Virus record (IMG/VR): IMGVR_UViG_3300017913_001136
Location: 1-64,000 of that record
Length of the DNA: 64,000 nt
From: a virus
Lineage: Duplodnaviria; Caudoviricetes
Strand: one strand, 5' to 3'
Made by a program: the position numbers and the translations under genes. The notes beneath the pieces were generated by a model that did no database searches, had not been told where the DNA came from, and saw only the letters and a list, made by a program, of their open reading frames with translations. This document shows positions 9,050 to 20,000 of this stretch, piece after piece; within the stretch, counting starts at the first letter, position 1; the number at the start of each line of letters is the position of its first letter.

Positions 9050-11596
9050 TTAAATTTCAAACTCAGCAGTTGGTGGTGTAAATGTTGCGGTATATCTTGC
9101 ACGACCTTTAGTAACACGCAAGTCTTGAATATAACCATTCACTGCCTGTCCACCACTTGCATTTGCGCCAATTCGAGGTTGTCCGTCACTTGTATAGTTC
9201 GTTGTATCTGCCGTGCCACTACCAAGTAATACACCGTCTTTAAACACGTATGATGTACCATTCTGTCGTGTTGCAGCAAGATGATACCAAGTGTTTATAG
9301 AAAAGGATGTTGCTTCATTAACCTTATACGCATTAGATGTTCCAGTACTTAATTGGTTTGAATCAGCGTGGAAATAGAAACTGCTTGTTGTGCCACCACT
9401 GTGGTAGAGGATTTGCAAATTAGAAGATCCATCAGCAATACTTGTAAAATATACCCAACATTCAACAGTGAAATCCCCAGTTCCAAATGTATATACATCA
9501 CTGTTTATATCTAATAGATCGAAATTAATATAATCTCCTGTTCCATCAAAATATACTGAGGATGATGTTGTAAACTTTCTCTGCGTAGTTGATGATGCTG
9601 CGTTACCAATCAATTCAAAATTGGTGCTTGCAGATGCATCATAGACATTTGCATCCGACTTATTATTCATCAGAAGATGTGTAGTTGCCGTATGTGAAAG
9701 AGGTGCTGTGGGTGGCATAAAATCAGCAGTGTATACAGCAGACTTAGAATATCTAAAGTCTGCCTGATTACCAAAGAAATAATCTCCGTCTGCGGGAGAA
9801 CCTACTGATGAATTTCTGCCAATATTAAATTCAGTGCCTGTAAAGTCTGTAGTGATAGATGTACCAGCATTTGATGTTTGCGCTCTACCATTTAGATAGA
9901 AAGTACATGCGCCACTGTTTCTTACTATTGCCCAGTGATGCCATGATGGATACGTAACTTGATTATCTGATTCGAATGTAGTACTGTTGATGCCTATTTT
10001 AATCTTGTCCTGATTTTCCTGATACCAACCGTAAACACCAGTTGCTAAAGCAGATCTGTTATCAAATATCATTGCATAGTTTGATGGTCCATCGGTGTCA
10101 ACATATATCCAACCTTCAAGTGTAAAGTCGCTAGTCCCTATGGCAGTGGTAGTATTTTCAAGAGCATCACTTCCATCAAAATGCACAGACCCACCATGAT
10201 CATCTGCTGCCCATGGTTCTTGATCATATGGCGAATATGGAATATTATGAACTCCATTGTTTACAGATTCTGTGACAACTGGACCACTCAACACAGAATT
10301 TCCAATAAAAGGTTTATTCCCGACCAATAACTTCGTATCAGCGGTGACCTCTAGAGGTCTTGTAGGAACAGTGTATGTTGTTTGAGTTGGATCGTAAACT
10401 GCGGTTCCGTTCACAACTCTCAGATCTTTCATAAACCCTTCGTAATCACCGCCACCCGAAGCACCATTGAAGTTACCAATATATTGAGTGCCTGATGATG
10501 TACCATAAGTTGTGGTATCAGAACTCTTAGTATCCACACGAGATCCATTAAGGAACATAGCAGTGTCTGTACCAGATCTAGTAGCAGCAAAGTGATGCCA
10601 ATCATTAAGAGTTATTGAACTATTTGCTGATTTTACAGCATCTGCCGAACCATCCCATAAAGAAATATAACTGCTAGTTGCATTTAGATATATTTGTGTA
10701 TTTGCCCCCAAAACAATAATATTCGGATGTTGTGTATCAAGTGTAATTGATTCTGGGTTGATCCAACCTTCAATAGTAAAGTCACTATCTAAGTTGAAAT
10801 TTGCATCTGCGGTAAATGATAGGTAATCAGTAGTTCTGTTGAAGTACATACTATATCCAGCAGAACGATATGGCGTAAATGTAGATGCTATGGGATCACC
10901 TACTTCTGAAAATCCTTGTGATGTGTTATCAGAATCTAAGTAAGTAATAGCGGAATTAGTTGCACTGTTACCTGCCGCTTTCATTAACAATACAGTTTCA
11001 GCGGATGAGTCAACAACATTTGTAAATGATAAACTGAATGAAAGAGTTTCATTATCTACTGCAATCTGATCTGTTGCTTTAAATGTCAAAGTGAAATCAC
11101 CAGCAGTTCCACCAGAATCAGAAGATAGAGCAGTAATAGTAAACACACTCGAATCTTGAGATATGGTAGTGCCAGTTCCGACCATATTACCGTCTGACTC
11201 AACAGAGAAAGTTATTATATTTTGATTATCGTCAGAATCAGAAGCAGAAGCAGTAACCACGACAGAAAGTGTATCTGCATTCAATATAACCGTACCAGAT
11301 TGATCAAGAGATAGAGATGGAGAAGCATTTACAAGCGCAACATTATACCAACCAGAACCATTTGAAATATACAAACGACCAGACGATTCTACCCATGCTT
11401 GATCACCAGAAGATAATCCAGTTGATGGTAGAGAATCGAGAGCAGTATATACTGCGATACCTGCATCCGTAGCAATAGTCGTAACCTGTGCAGAATCTAA
11501 ACCCAGCGATTCTTCGGAAGTCACTAGACGAACATTGTTTGTATTTATTACCTCAGTCTTTCCTAAGAAATTAGCAATATCTCTACTTTTACTCAT
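9050..11596 (-). CDS. LamG/ConA-domain virion adhesin, paralog 1
   Basis: Three DFTxExW...WxHxA...YxNG LamG-like repeats; N-terminus shared with the next two ORFs. Confidence 0.75.
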   Translation of the reverse strand: MSKSRDIANFLGKTEVINTNNVRLVTSEESLGLDSAQVTTIATDAGIAVYTALDSLPSTGLSSGDQAWVESSGRLYISNGSGWYNVALVNASPSLSLDQSGTVILNADTLSVVVTASASDSDDNQNIITFSVESDGNMVGTGTTISQDSSVFTITALSSDSGGTAGDFTLTFKATDQIAVDNETLSFSLSFTNVVDSSAETVLLMKAAGNSATNSAITYLDSDNTSQGFSEVGDPIASTFTPYRSAGYSMYFNRTTDYLSFTADANFNLDSDFTIEGWINPESITLDTQHPNIIVLGANTQIYLNATSSYISLWDGSADAVKSANSSITLNDWHHFAATRSGTDTAMFLNGSRVDTKSSDTTTYGTSSGTQYIGNFNGASGGGDYEGFMKDLRVVNGTAVYDPTQTTYTVPTRPLEVTADTKLLVGNKPFIGNSVLSGPVVTESVNNGVHNIPYSPYDQEPWAADDHGGSVHFDGSDALENTTTAIGTSDFTLEGWIYVDTDGPSNYAMIFDNRSALATGVYGWYQENQDKIKIGINSTTFESDNQVTYPSWHHWAIVRNSGACTFYLNGRAQTSNAGTSITTDFTGTEFNIGRNSSVGSPADGDYFFGNQADFRYSKSAVYTADFMPPTAPLSHTATTHLLMNNKSDANVYDASASTNFELIGNAASSTTQRKFTTSSSVYFDGTGDYINFDLLDINSDVYTFGTGDFTVECWVYFTSIADGSSNLQILYHSGGTTSSFYFHADSNQLSTGTSNAYKVNEATSFSINTWYHLAATRQNGTSYVFKDGVLLGSGTADTTNYTSDGQPRIGANASGGQAVNGYIQDLRVTKGRARYTATFTPPTAEFEI

Positions 11597-11620
11597 ATCT
11601 GATCCTGTTCGGTTTTACTC

Positions 11621-11628
11621 TATTTATA
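11621..11628 (-). promoter_or_regulatory. Late promoter TATAAATA
   Basis: Exact match upstream of the 848-aa ORF. Confidence 0.75.
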
Positions 11629-14566
11629 AGGTAAATGGTTCGGTCGGTACATCATAAGAAGAACTGTCATACATCATCTTTCCTTGCACAACTCTCCAAT
11701 CTTGCATGTATCCTCTAAATGACGCTGAGTCTGAACCGCCTGTTCTTTGCGGATACATTCCACTTTGTGCCCATCTATTTCCTCCACCCAAAGAGATAGG
11801 TCTTGCCAACGCAGTACCTCTCCAATAGACGCTTACACCCATATCTTCTTTCAAAACTCTACTTCCATTCAAAAACATTGAAACAGTATCGCTATCTCTA
11901 CAAAGAGCAACATGATTCCATTGATTGACTGGAGGTTTCGATCCTGTTGCTATTTTAACATATTCTGTATCATCCGAGTCTGTGATTCCAGTATTGGTTG
12001 AATTTCCAACAAAAGAAAATTCTAGATCTCCGTTTCTGTCTGTTCCAAATTTCCAACCATGTTTTTGTTTCACCCTTGAAGAAAGCACAATATTATTTGA
12101 ATAATGATCTGTTCCAAAATACATTTGCCCACCCATCTTCCTTTTTCCATTAGGAAGAAACGCAGAATCAAATGGATATATCCAACCTTCTAAAGTATAT
12201 ACTTGCCATTCTGCTGGAGATAATACATCTGCATCTATTGGACTAATATATGAAGTTGGACCATACATATATTCTGCATACTGAACAGCACCTGAAGATT
12301 CCCATATCTCGTGATCAGTGTACGGTTCAAATTCATTGCTCGCATATGGGAATAGTATAGATGCTTCGTTTGGCCATTTAGTAACCTCAGTTGAAACTTT
12401 CGTTCCTCCGATAAGATTTATGTTACATGTACCTGCTGCGTCATAAATTCCAAGTTCTCTACCACCAGCATTCAAATGAACAGTTGTATATTGTGTTATT
12501 GGCAATGGTTTTGTAGGTGGATTGAATGCTGAAGTGTATCTAGCATTTCCTTTTTCTATTCTAAAGTCTGCTAGAGTTCCACTCCCACCAAGATAATAAT
12601 TAAATTCTGTAGTCCGAGGAGTGTAACCTAAAGTGAGAGGAATACTTTCTGTATAATTAGTATTGTCAGTCGCACTGGCAGTTTGTTCACCGTTGATGAA
12701 AACTCTGACTGTGCCACTTGATCTAGTTACTGCAAAATGAAACCAAGAACGTATTGGTGGCATGGTTGAAGAAGTTGCTATAGAAGTACAAGCAGTCGCT
12801 GCAGTTTCACTGTATTGATAAAGTCCGAATCCACCCGAATATGCTCCACCACTATAACCTGCTCCATTTGCTATAAGCAATCCACCATCTACATTAAAAG
12901 AAGCAATAGCAAGACTTGTTTCTGCATACTCAGTATGATACCAACCTTCAATCGTAAAATCACCTGTTCCCAATTGTATCCCAGTTGAATTTGGTATTTC
13001 CATATATCCAGCATTCGTACTTCCACGAGTTCCGAAAGTATAACTCACCCCATGCAAACTTGGTGTGTACATTTGTCTGCCGTTTTGATATGGACCAATA
13101 GGTGCTGAATGATGTTCATCTTTGTTTGCTGTGATTGTAGAATTACCAGTTTTCTCCTTGCAGTAGGATTCACCATTATACAATAAAACCATTTCATTTG
13201 AAACATCACCAACTTCAAAAGGTTCAGAAGGAGGAGTAAATTCACCTGTATAGACTGCAGTCTTAGCATATCTAAAATCTCTAATGTAACCTTGAAAGTT
13301 GTTAGTGGTATCTCGGTATGCACCTATCTTCAAATATCGATAGGCGGAAAGGTTTGCGCTAATAGATACAGGAGTCGACCAGTTTGGCGTATAAGCAAAA
13401 CCTGATGAAATGGCAGTTGATTTTCCATTAACATAAACTTGAATATCATTAGAATTACGAACGACTGCTATGTGATACCATTTCCCTTGATCCATCTGAA
13501 CTTCTGGAGGATTTGATGCTGGTCTCAGGTTAGTGTATCCACCGTCTCCGCCACCAAAGTCTAACTGATATGATGATGCTTCTTTAGTCCCTCCAGAAGT
13601 TCTCAAACAAATGTTATTGCTTAGTCCGCCAGTGGTTCCGTTTGAATTCGCTGACATCGTGAAAAAACCTATGCCATTCGCATCTTCTATGTCCACATCA
13701 TGTGTATTCATGAACCAACCTTCAATCGTAAAATCACCGCTTGGTCCACCGCCTGATCCTAAGTCAAGGACAAGACCGTTTTGCTCTTCCGATTTATAAC
13801 TAAACTTCGTTGGAGAATATGGAGTAGCAGAACCCATTTTAGGGTCTTGTTGATAGTTGTTATAACTGCTGCCCAATATCTTCCTTGAATATGCTGTCCT
13901 AGTGCCATTAGAAGTTTCAAATGTAGAACTATCATAAAGACTGCTTTGATACCCATCCCCTGATTTAAATGCCTTTATAAGCATTGTTGTGTAACCCGAG
14001 TCTGTGGTGTGATAAACGTGGGAATCATTTATTGAAAATTCAATAGTTTCTGTATCTGTGAAGTGGCCATCAGTTGCAGTCCAAGTGAGAGCAAAGTCTC
14101 CATTGAGTGCCCCAGAATCTGTTGTTCTTGTTGTGATAGTGTAGATTGTTCCACCATTACCAGATTCAGAAGTAACAAAAGTTCCTGTTCTTGCCATATC
14201 TCCGTCTGAATCTAAAGTGAGTATAAATGGACCGTCAGGTGTAACTGTCACGGTTGCTGTGATAGAATCAGATGCTGGACTAGAATCAAATGAGATAACT
14301 CCAGAGTCCGAGAGTATAAGGGATATAGTCGGAGTGGCGTATGATACATTATACCAACCAGTTCCATTCGGTGATATATAGAGTCTTTGATTTTCTTGTA
14401 CGAAAACTTTATCACCTTCGGATATATTTGATATCGGTAAAGAATCAAGAGTTGTTAGATACGTTGTTCCACTGCTAGGAACTAATGCTAAAACTCCTGC
14501 TGAGTCAAGACCAATAGTATCATATGCATCTTGTTTAATTTGCCTGAATCTAGATATCCTCGTCAC
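11624..14566 (-). CDS. LamG/ConA-domain virion adhesin, paralog 2
   Basis: DFTIEGW / WYHIAVVR / DFRYAK repeats; shared GLDSA...LDSLP N-terminus. Confidence 0.75.
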   Translation of the reverse strand: MTRISRFRQIKQDAYDTIGLDSAGVLALVPSSGTTYLTTLDSLPISNISEGDKVFVQENQRLYISPNGTGWYNVSYATPTISLILSDSGVISFDSSPASDSITATVTVTPDGPFILTLDSDGDMARTGTFVTSESGNGGTIYTITTRTTDSGALNGDFALTWTATDGHFTDTETIEFSINDSHVYHTTDSGYTTMLIKAFKSGDGYQSSLYDSSTFETSNGTRTAYSRKILGSSYNNYQQDPKMGSATPYSPTKFSYKSEEQNGLVLDLGSGGGPSGDFTIEGWFMNTHDVDIEDANGIGFFTMSANSNGTTGGLSNNICLRTSGGTKEASSYQLDFGGGDGGYTNLRPASNPPEVQMDQGKWYHIAVVRNSNDIQVYVNGKSTAISSGFAYTPNWSTPVSISANLSAYRYLKIGAYRDTTNNFQGYIRDFRYAKTAVYTGEFTPPSEPFEVGDVSNEMVLLYNGESYCKEKTGNSTITANKDEHHSAPIGPYQNGRQMYTPSLHGVSYTFGTRGSTNAGYMEIPNSTGIQLGTGDFTIEGWYHTEYAETSLAIASFNVDGGLLIANGAGYSGGAYSGGFGLYQYSETAATACTSIATSSTMPPIRSWFHFAVTRSSGTVRVFINGEQTASATDNTNYTESIPLTLGYTPRTTEFNYYLGGSGTLADFRIEKGNARYTSAFNPPTKPLPITQYTTVHLNAGGRELGIYDAAGTCNINLIGGTKVSTEVTKWPNEASILFPYASNEFEPYTDHEIWESSGAVQYAEYMYGPTSYISPIDADVLSPAEWQVYTLEGWIYPFDSAFLPNGKRKMGGQMYFGTDHYSNNIVLSSRVKQKHGWKFGTDRNGDLEFSFVGNSTNTGITDSDDTEYVKIATGSKPPVNQWNHVALCRDSDTVSMFLNGSRVLKEDMGVSVYWRGTALARPISLGGGNRWAQSGMYPQRTGGSDSASFRGYMQDWRVVQGKMMYDSSSYDVPTEPFTL

Positions 14567-17094
14567 AGTTCAAACTCCGCAGTCGGTGGAGTAAATGCTG
14601 CTGTATATTTAAATCCTCTACTGATTCTTAAATCTTGCCAATACCCTTTGAACACGTTTACACCATTATCTCTAGGCGTGTATGATACATCACCCCAGTT
14701 GATCAGACCCGAACCAAGCAATGCTGAATTATTAGATGTGAATGAAGCAACTTGAGTTCCTCCTACATAGATTTTAGAAGTGCCGTTTTGTACAGCAGTA
14801 AGTGCAACATGAGTCCATGTATTGTAACTAATTTCATCTGACGATGCTTGATATTTCCAACCATTGTGATAAAAATAATTTCTTTTTCCATTACTTGCGA
14901 AAGACCATAAGAAACCATTAGAAGCACTAGTCCTAGAATCAATGACACAGTAATAACTATCTCCACCACTCAAACAATAGAACCATCCTTCTAAAGTGAA
15001 TCCTGTTTTATCTAGTGTTGCCCAATCCATAACACTTTCACCAGGATCCATGTGAATAGATGCATCATCGCCAGGAAAATATATAGCACTACTTCCTGTC
15101 CATTTCCTTTGAGTAGTGCTTGACACAACATTATCAAAAAGTATCATACCATTAGCACCTGTCGCATCATAAATCCTTTGATCAGGTTCGCCAGTAAGAA
15201 CTTTTGTATCTGTGGTAAGTTCTAAAGGAACGGTTGTAGGAGTAAATTCTGCTGTGTATTCAGCAGTAGCACTTATTCTGAAGTTTGAAACATAACCAGC
15301 GAATTGAAGAGAACCACCACCATCACCATTAACAGTTAAACCGTTTCCAGCATTCTGAATCACATTAGTTGTGCTGTTTAATATTTCTTTACCATTAGCA
15401 TATACTTTTTGATTGGTACCATCCCACACTGTTGCTAGGTGATACCATACATAAGGATGCATGTCATAAGTATTACCATTGGTCAAATAAGATCCGCCTC
15501 TCTGCTGCAATCTTAGATAATTATTACTACTCAAAGTTTGAAGTTGTGCATACCCATTTCCAGAACCACTATTCAAAGACCATAGCAAATATGTTGCAGC
15601 ATTAGGGTCTGTTTCAAAATAATACCAACCCTCAATAGTCCATGATCCTCCAGATAAATCATCAACCGATGTCAGTTCTATGCGATCTGACGTGCCATCA
15701 AAATATACAGAAGTGCCTTCTCCTGTTTGCGCTTCATTATCTTGTTGAGTCCAAGGTTCATAGTCGTATGGAACAAATGGAAGAACTTGCGGAGTGCCAC
15801 TAACTGTGACAGTGTGATCATTTGTACTACCATCTCTCCAATAAGGAAGATGACATGTTAACAATACTGTGTTTGTGACTGCTGTAAGTGGTGATGTTGG
15901 TGCAGTAAAATCTGAGGTGTATTGAGCAGTGCCTTTGATAAGTCTTAGATCTCGTATGTAACCTGTAAAGTCTGTTCCACTATTGAGATCTCCAAGAATA
16001 CCAATTCGAGTATTTGAATTTGGATTATGTAATGTAACGCCACTCATTGAATTAGTAGTAGCATGTGCAGATCCATTGACATAAAGATTTAGATCATCAC
16101 CATCTCTCACAATTGCCAAATGAGTCCACTCGTTTAGTGGAACAGTTTCAGACCATTGTAGTAATGTTTGATTTGATCCATTTGTAGAATAATAAAAGTA
16201 CACAGCACTTGATGTTAATGCCACCAAGTATGACTTCAATGTACTTGAATCCCATTTATTAATAATAACACTAAAAGATGTGTCTATTGCTTGTGGAAAT
16301 ACCCATGCTTCCATTGTGAAGTCACCACTACCGAATTCAAGTGTGTCATCATCAGCAAAAGACAAATAATCAGCAGAACCAGGAAAGAATGCGCTGTATC
16401 CACCAGAACGATATGGAGTAAAGGTTGTTGCCTGAGGTGTGCCTCCCTCTGTAAAACTAAAAGACCCACTGTTTGTATCATATGTAATGTTAGTGTTTAC
16501 TCCGTTGTTACCTCCTGCTTTCATTAAAAACATTGTTGCTGAAGATGAGTCAATAATATTAGAAAATGTAAGCGAGAAGTCTTTCGTGGCAGTTGCTGTG
16601 TTTATTTGGTCAGTTGTTTTGAATGTGAGTGTGAATGTACTATTCGATGCTCCAGAATCTTCTGATAATGGAGTAATTGTAAAAACAGAAGAATCTTGAG
16701 ATACGGTGTACTGCCCGATACCATTACCATCAGACTCAACAGAGTATGTTAATATTGCTTCAGGATTATCCGAGTCAGATGCTGTAATCGTCACTGTTGA
16801 TGCAGTTCCTTCAGTTGATAGGACGATAGCACCTGAAGGATCAAGAGTCATAGTTGGTGATAGGTTAATCAAAGCGACATTATACCAACCTGAACCGTTT
16901 GATATATACAAACGATTATTCGCTTTTACATATGCCTCGTCTCCTGCGGTCAACGAAGATATAGGAAGCGAGTCTAAGGTATCATAAACCACTAATCCAG
17001 TGTTTGAAGTTAGTGCTAAAACTTCTGCAGAGTCAAGTCCAACGGTTTCCTGTTGATCTTCTTTTCTTTGTCTAAATCTAGTTAGTCTTGTCAT
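14563..17094 (-). CDS. LamG/ConA-domain virion adhesin, paralog 3
   Basis: As paralogs 1 and 2; C-terminus YTAAFTPPTAEFEL resembles paralog 1. Confidence 0.75.
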   Translation of the reverse strand: MTRLTRFRQRKEDQQETVGLDSAEVLALTSNTGLVVYDTLDSLPISSLTAGDEAYVKANNRLYISNGSGWYNVALINLSPTMTLDPSGAIVLSTEGTASTVTITASDSDNPEAILTYSVESDGNGIGQYTVSQDSSVFTITPLSEDSGASNSTFTLTFKTTDQINTATATKDFSLTFSNIIDSSSATMFLMKAGGNNGVNTNITYDTNSGSFSFTEGGTPQATTFTPYRSGGYSAFFPGSADYLSFADDDTLEFGSGDFTMEAWVFPQAIDTSFSVIINKWDSSTLKSYLVALTSSAVYFYYSTNGSNQTLLQWSETVPLNEWTHLAIVRDGDDLNLYVNGSAHATTNSMSGVTLHNPNSNTRIGILGDLNSGTDFTGYIRDLRLIKGTAQYTSDFTAPTSPLTAVTNTVLLTCHLPYWRDGSTNDHTVTVSGTPQVLPFVPYDYEPWTQQDNEAQTGEGTSVYFDGTSDRIELTSVDDLSGGSWTIEGWYYFETDPNAATYLLWSLNSGSGNGYAQLQTLSSNNYLRLQQRGGSYLTNGNTYDMHPYVWYHLATVWDGTNQKVYANGKEILNSTTNVIQNAGNGLTVNGDGGGSLQFAGYVSNFRISATAEYTAEFTPTTVPLELTTDTKVLTGEPDQRIYDATGANGMILFDNVVSSTTQRKWTGSSAIYFPGDDASIHMDPGESVMDWATLDKTGFTLEGWFYCLSGGDSYYCVIDSRTSASNGFLWSFASNGKRNYFYHNGWKYQASSDEISYNTWTHVALTAVQNGTSKIYVGGTQVASFTSNNSALLGSGLINWGDVSYTPRDNGVNVFKGYWQDLRISRGFKYTAAFTPPTAEFEL

Positions 17095-17095
17095 A

Positions 17096-20000
17096 TTAGT
17101 TCTCTATCAAAATCCAACCTTGTGAATCGTTATAGAATACCAGTCCTATAGCAACTCTATCGATATCTAGTATCAAGTCACTGTCACTTGCAATAATCTT
17201 TTGTGAACTTGTAATCGTGATATTGTTTGTTGCGGCATTACCGTATCCATCGATGATTCTAACTTCATCACCAAGAGTTCCTGTAGGTAATGTTAAAATT
17301 GTTGTCTGATTCTTAGTGTTAACAATTTTCTTAGCACCGATAACCAGAGTTTCAGCAGTTGAGTCGACTTCTGCCCAGTTAAACCTTGCAGAATCAATCA
17401 ATGCGCTGACTGCTGAAGAATCGGTAGATCCCCCACCATCGATGGTGATTGTCTTAGTCGCTCCAGTTCCTGATGCTGTTACACCTGAACCAGTAAAGTT
17501 CAAAGTTACACCAGTTGTTGCTAATGTACTTCCATCATTCTGAACTGTAACCCCTGTTGCTGTTACTCTTGATGCAATATAATTAGAGTCAACAATAGTC
17601 ACTAGAAGATTTGAGTCAACGATATTCAGAATGTAACCTGAGTCAACAACACTTGAAACATATGCTGAGTCAACAATCCGCTGAACCATACTAGAGTCTA
17701 AACCGTCTAGCGGAGTGCTTCCTAAGAAACGAACAACTGACAGAGTATCGCCAGAGTCTGCCGCAGTTGTAAGTGATATAGATGTTCCGTTGGTTGCAGT
17801 AAAGTCTGCTGCATTTAATAACAGACCATTTTTGTAAACATCTATTCTACCTGGATCATAAGAGAATGTCAATGCATTATCATCAGTTCCAGTGAAAGCA
17901 GTTTGCCCAGAGTCAGCAGTAAATTCAAATTGAGTTCTTTCTAGAGGAATCGCTATAGATGAATCGTATTCCAGATGACCATATGTTATGATCTGAAGTT
18001 CATCACCAGTATTTGCTGCTTGAGTTAGTGTAAGAGTTGTATGGTTTGTTCTTACATAATCGTCACTATCTCTCAATGCGATACCGTTTAAGAATACGAT
18101 ATTCGTGTTCGTAATCGCATAGATCAGATCATTGTTGTGATCATCATTTCCTGTGAATACAGTTTGACCCGAATCGGCAGTAAAGTTATAGATGCGAACT
18201 TTACTTTGACCATTGCCATATACTGCGACAACGAAAGTATCACTCAATATAGCAGAAGAGTTCAGATAGATGGTCTGCCCACCAACAGTTGAGTATTCGC
18301 TTTGACTCAGAAGAGAACCATTTTTAAATACTTGAACGCTGTTGTCACCGAAGGTCATTCCTTGACCATTGATAAACCTTCCGCTCTGATTTGTAAATTT
18401 ATATTCTCTGTAATTTACTGAACTCACATTATTAGAAACAGTATTATGAACTGTGAGTAAGTCACCTGAGTCGGCAGCAAGATTCAACGTAACAGATGTA
18501 TTCGTTAATGCGTAATCCTGCGCCTCAGAAAGCACGATACCATTGAGGAACACTTCTGAGATACCAGTGGTCAGGTTAAGTGCGACGCCACTATTATCGT
18601 CACCGCTAAACTCTGTCTGACCCGAATCAGCAGTAAATTCATAAACACTCAATGCCAGAGTATTTTTAGAACTTGCGACTCTACCCTTCGTTTCAATAAC
18701 AGTCAGGGAATATCCACTATCTGCTGCCTCTGTAAGTGTAACGCTGTTAGAATCCGCAGAGAAGTCGGTAGTGTCTTCCATCAACACACCGTTTAGATAC
18801 ACTTCTATCTGTTCAGGATCTATCGTTAGTATTGTTCCGAATTTATCAGCACCAGTAAACTCTGTTTGACCAGAATCTGCTTCGTAGATAAACTTATTGA
18901 CTTCAAGGGTGCCACGCTCAAATATGGTCTGCCTAGAACTAACAAAAGCAGAGTCAACAGTGTTTTGAATCAATGTAATAGTAGCAGCAGAATCAACGCC
19001 TGTCGCTGTTGCCGCACCTGCTTCGGCGAAGGTAATAATCTGAACAACGTCATTCGAATCTGTAGCACTAATCAGTGTTAGTGTAGAACTATCATTTGCA
19101 GTGTAGTCATCGGAGTCTACAAGCAAAATACCGTTTAGATAAACATTGAAATTATCGTTCGTGAATGGATAATCAAGAACATTACCATTATCGTCAGAAT
19201 CACTGAATACTGTGATAGCAGAATCTGCGGTAAATGTAAATTTAGTAACAAGAGGTCCATTCGCACCTCCACCGCCACCGCCACCTGATGAACCAGGAAT
19301 TGTTATTGTTTTTACTGCGCCTGTTCCGGAAGCACTAACTCCAGCACCAACAAAGTTGAAGGTCGTTGCTGCAGTTGAAAGTGAAACCCCTTCATCCTGT
19401 ACAGTAATTGAGGATCCGCCTCCTCCACCGTCAGATTGTCTTGCCTGAATATAGGCAGAGTCAATTATGTCAGTAATAAACGCAGAATCTCTCTGAGAAT
19501 CTATTTGTCTTGCTTGTACGAAAGCAGAATCTACAGTAGAAGTAATCAGATTCGTGATACGCAAGTTGAGGATGCTACCTTCGTCTTGCACTGTTGATGC
19601 GATATCAGAGTCTGCTCTCGTTTTTGTGTAATAAAGGTTTGTTGAACCTTCAGTCAGATCATCCGTAGTCGCAGCAGCAATCCTAGCATCCGCTCTTGCA
19701 TCTGCTCTTGTATTTGTAAAGTATAGATTGGTAGAACCTTCGCTTAGATCATCTGTATCGAATCCTGTAAGGTTGCGAGTCTGAACGAAGATCGCATTAC
19801 CCATATATCCATGGTTCTGACACTGATAATGAAGTACAGGAGGAGTCGCATCAGTAATTTCAATTTCAACATAAGCACCAGCAGAACCAGCAGTACCAAC
19901 GGTCGTTACATTTGTTGTGTACTCTGTTGTCTTATCTGCTTCATAATAAAACTTGATTGGGTGTGATGCGTTTGTTGCTGCTGCCTGATCAAAGCGATAC

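Noticed and set aside
9050-17094. Diversity-generating retroelement acting on the adhesin C-termini
   Set aside because: No reverse transcriptase in the window, and paralog differences are not adenine-restricted.
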